From an uncultured Victivallales bacterium (GTDB lineage Bacteria; Verrucomicrobiota; Kiritimatiellia; UBA8416), in the NCBI GenBank assembly GCA_964609395.1, contig CAZSRU010000004.1, positions 6,263 through 70,262 of the forward strand: DNA of 64,000 nucleotides, given 5' to 3'. The notes below the pieces were generated by a model. It searched no databases, was not told where the DNA came from, and worked only from the letters and a program-made list of their open reading frames with translations. Position 1 is the first letter of the stretch. Each line of letters begins with the position of its first letter. Positions 62,953 through 64,000 of this stretch are shown in pieces. The position numbers and the translations under genes were made by a program.

Positions 62953-63834
62953 CCATAAGGGCAGGTGGCCGGGAGTCTGGCGGTCAAGCGTACCGGTGGA
63001 CAGCAAGGCATCAAGCTCGGCGAGCAGGCGCGACTTGTCGTGCGGCAGGCGGGCCTCCACCGGGATGATATTGGAGGTGTGATTGGCCCGGAATACTGTG
63101 GCTGGCAGCTCCAGCCGGGCAATCAGTTCGCGCAGTTCCCGCACAATCCCGAACTCGGTCGGCAGACGGAACGCGCCGCTGGCAGCCTCGGCGTGCAGCC
63201 GGGTCCCTTCCACCGGGATCACGCGCAGCGCCGACAGCAACCGGGGCTGCATGCGGTTGATTGCGTCGGCCGTATGGGCGACATGCGACTGGCTGTGCTC
63301 GACCCCACCCAGCCCCAGCAGCACCATCACGGACATGCGCAAGCCCGCCGCCTGGGCGGCCCTGCCGGCCTCGACCATTCCAGCCGCCGTCTCGCCTTTG
63401 CAGCATCGCTGCAGGATCGTTTCATCGCCGCTTTCGAGTCCCATGTAAAGCGTTTGCAGCTTCAGCGCGTGCAATTCGGCCAGCTCGGCCCCGGACTTGG
63501 CCGCAATGGAGGACCCATTGGCATACAGGCTCACCCGGGCCAGGCGCGGGAAGCACTCGCCCAGCATCTGCAGGATCGCACGCAGTTCCTCGAACGGGCG
63601 GCGCATGACATCGCCATCCGCCAGGAACACCCGGCTGGTGCCGGGCTCTTGCGCGGCCTCCCGCTGGATCAAGGCGGAAACCTCCTCCAGCGACCGGCGG
63701 CGGTGCGACACCCCCTTGTACATGCCGCAGAACGTGCAACGGTTCCACGGACAGCCCTCATCGATCTGCAGGATCAGGCTCCACGCCTCGGCGGGCGGAC
63801 GAAACATCGGGTTGTTCGATACACTTCTCATCAT
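62947..63834 (-). CDS. radical SAM protein
   Basis: CxxxCxxC cluster CPWNRCTFCGMY near N-terminus; TIM-barrel-like remainder. Confidence 0.7.
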   Translation of the reverse strand: MMRSVSNNPMFRPPAEAWSLILQIDEGCPWNRCTFCGMYKGVSHRRRSLEEVSALIQREAAQEPGTSRVFLADGDVMRRPFEELRAILQMLGECFPRLARVSLYANGSSIAAKSGAELAELHALKLQTLYMGLESGDETILQRCCKGETAAGMVEAGRAAQAAGLRMSVMVLLGLGGVEHSQSHVAHTADAINRMQPRLLSALRVIPVEGTRLHAEAASGAFRLPTEFGIVRELRELIARLELPATVFRANHTSNIIPVEARLPHDKSRLLAELDALLSTGTLDRQTPGHLPLWL

Positions 63835-63847
63835 TTGAACCCAGCCG

Positions 63848-64000
63848 CTACTTGCAGCCGGGCAGCAGGCGACGGGCATCGGCACCGATAATCTGGTTGA
63901 TGGCTATCGCCTCGCGCACGCGCTCGCACGCCGCGTCCTTCATGCCCAGTTCCTCCAGCAGGATGGCGGTGGCGATGCAGTCCTCGGCCCGCTCGCTCGA
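63848..64000 (-). CDS. C-terminal end of a gene extending beyond the window (unassigned function)
   Basis: Minus-strand translation ...SSERAEDCIATAILLEELGMKDAACERVREAIAINQIIGADARRLLPGCK* ending at TAG ~63848; family not recognised. Confidence 0.3.
   Translation of the reverse strand, partial: SSERAEDCIATAILLEELGMKDAACERVREAIAINQIIGADARRLLPGCK

Overview
High-GC (~65%) proteobacterial chromosome segment, probably delta-proteobacterial judging by the density of PAS/GAF hybrid sensor kinases. It contains four kinds of things. (1) A large polysaccharide (EPS/LPS-like) biosynthesis region on both sides of the window (1-4056, 29596-37045, 44610-50930): GT1/GT2/GT26 glycosyltransferases, a hexapeptide acetyltransferase, a FemAB-like protein, a priming sugar transferase, Wzx flippase, an O-antigen-ligase-like protein and a Kdo/WaaP-type kinase. 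Partner-switching signalling proteins are embedded in it: an Hpt-REC-PP2C-HATPase fusion, a single STAS protein, and a GT26 enzyme fused to two STAS domains. (2) Six multidomain sensor kinases / response regulators (4249-8972, 17112-29379), including near-identical duplicated kinase modules and heptanucleotide tandem repeats inside receiver-domain coding sequence. (3) Two lower-GC, apparently horizontally acquired defence islands. Island A (8990-16990) has a Type III R-M system whose mod gene carries a single in-frame TAA, plus an S8-peptidase/AAA-ATPase pair resembling ietAS. Island B (37167-44410) has a frameshifted MmeI-like Type IIG R-M gene, an IS200-like inactive transposase derivative, and a cassette-like array. 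In that array a ~145-bp repeat precedes each unit: an LRR fragment, a DUF3800 gene, an AAA-ATPase + DUF4276 pair (AbiL/PARIS-like), and a DUF104-like small ORF. (4) A 2-aminoethylphosphonate uptake/degradation cluster (phnX, ABC transporter, aminotransferases, phnW) that also contains a processive GT2, two copies of a conserved ~90-bp cis-element made of tandem 11-mers in inverted arrangement, and a 124-bp MITE-like element with perfect 19-bp terminal inverted repeats. No rRNA, tRNA or CRISPR array was recognised. Coordinates derived by hand from the printed sequence may be off by 1-3 nt.
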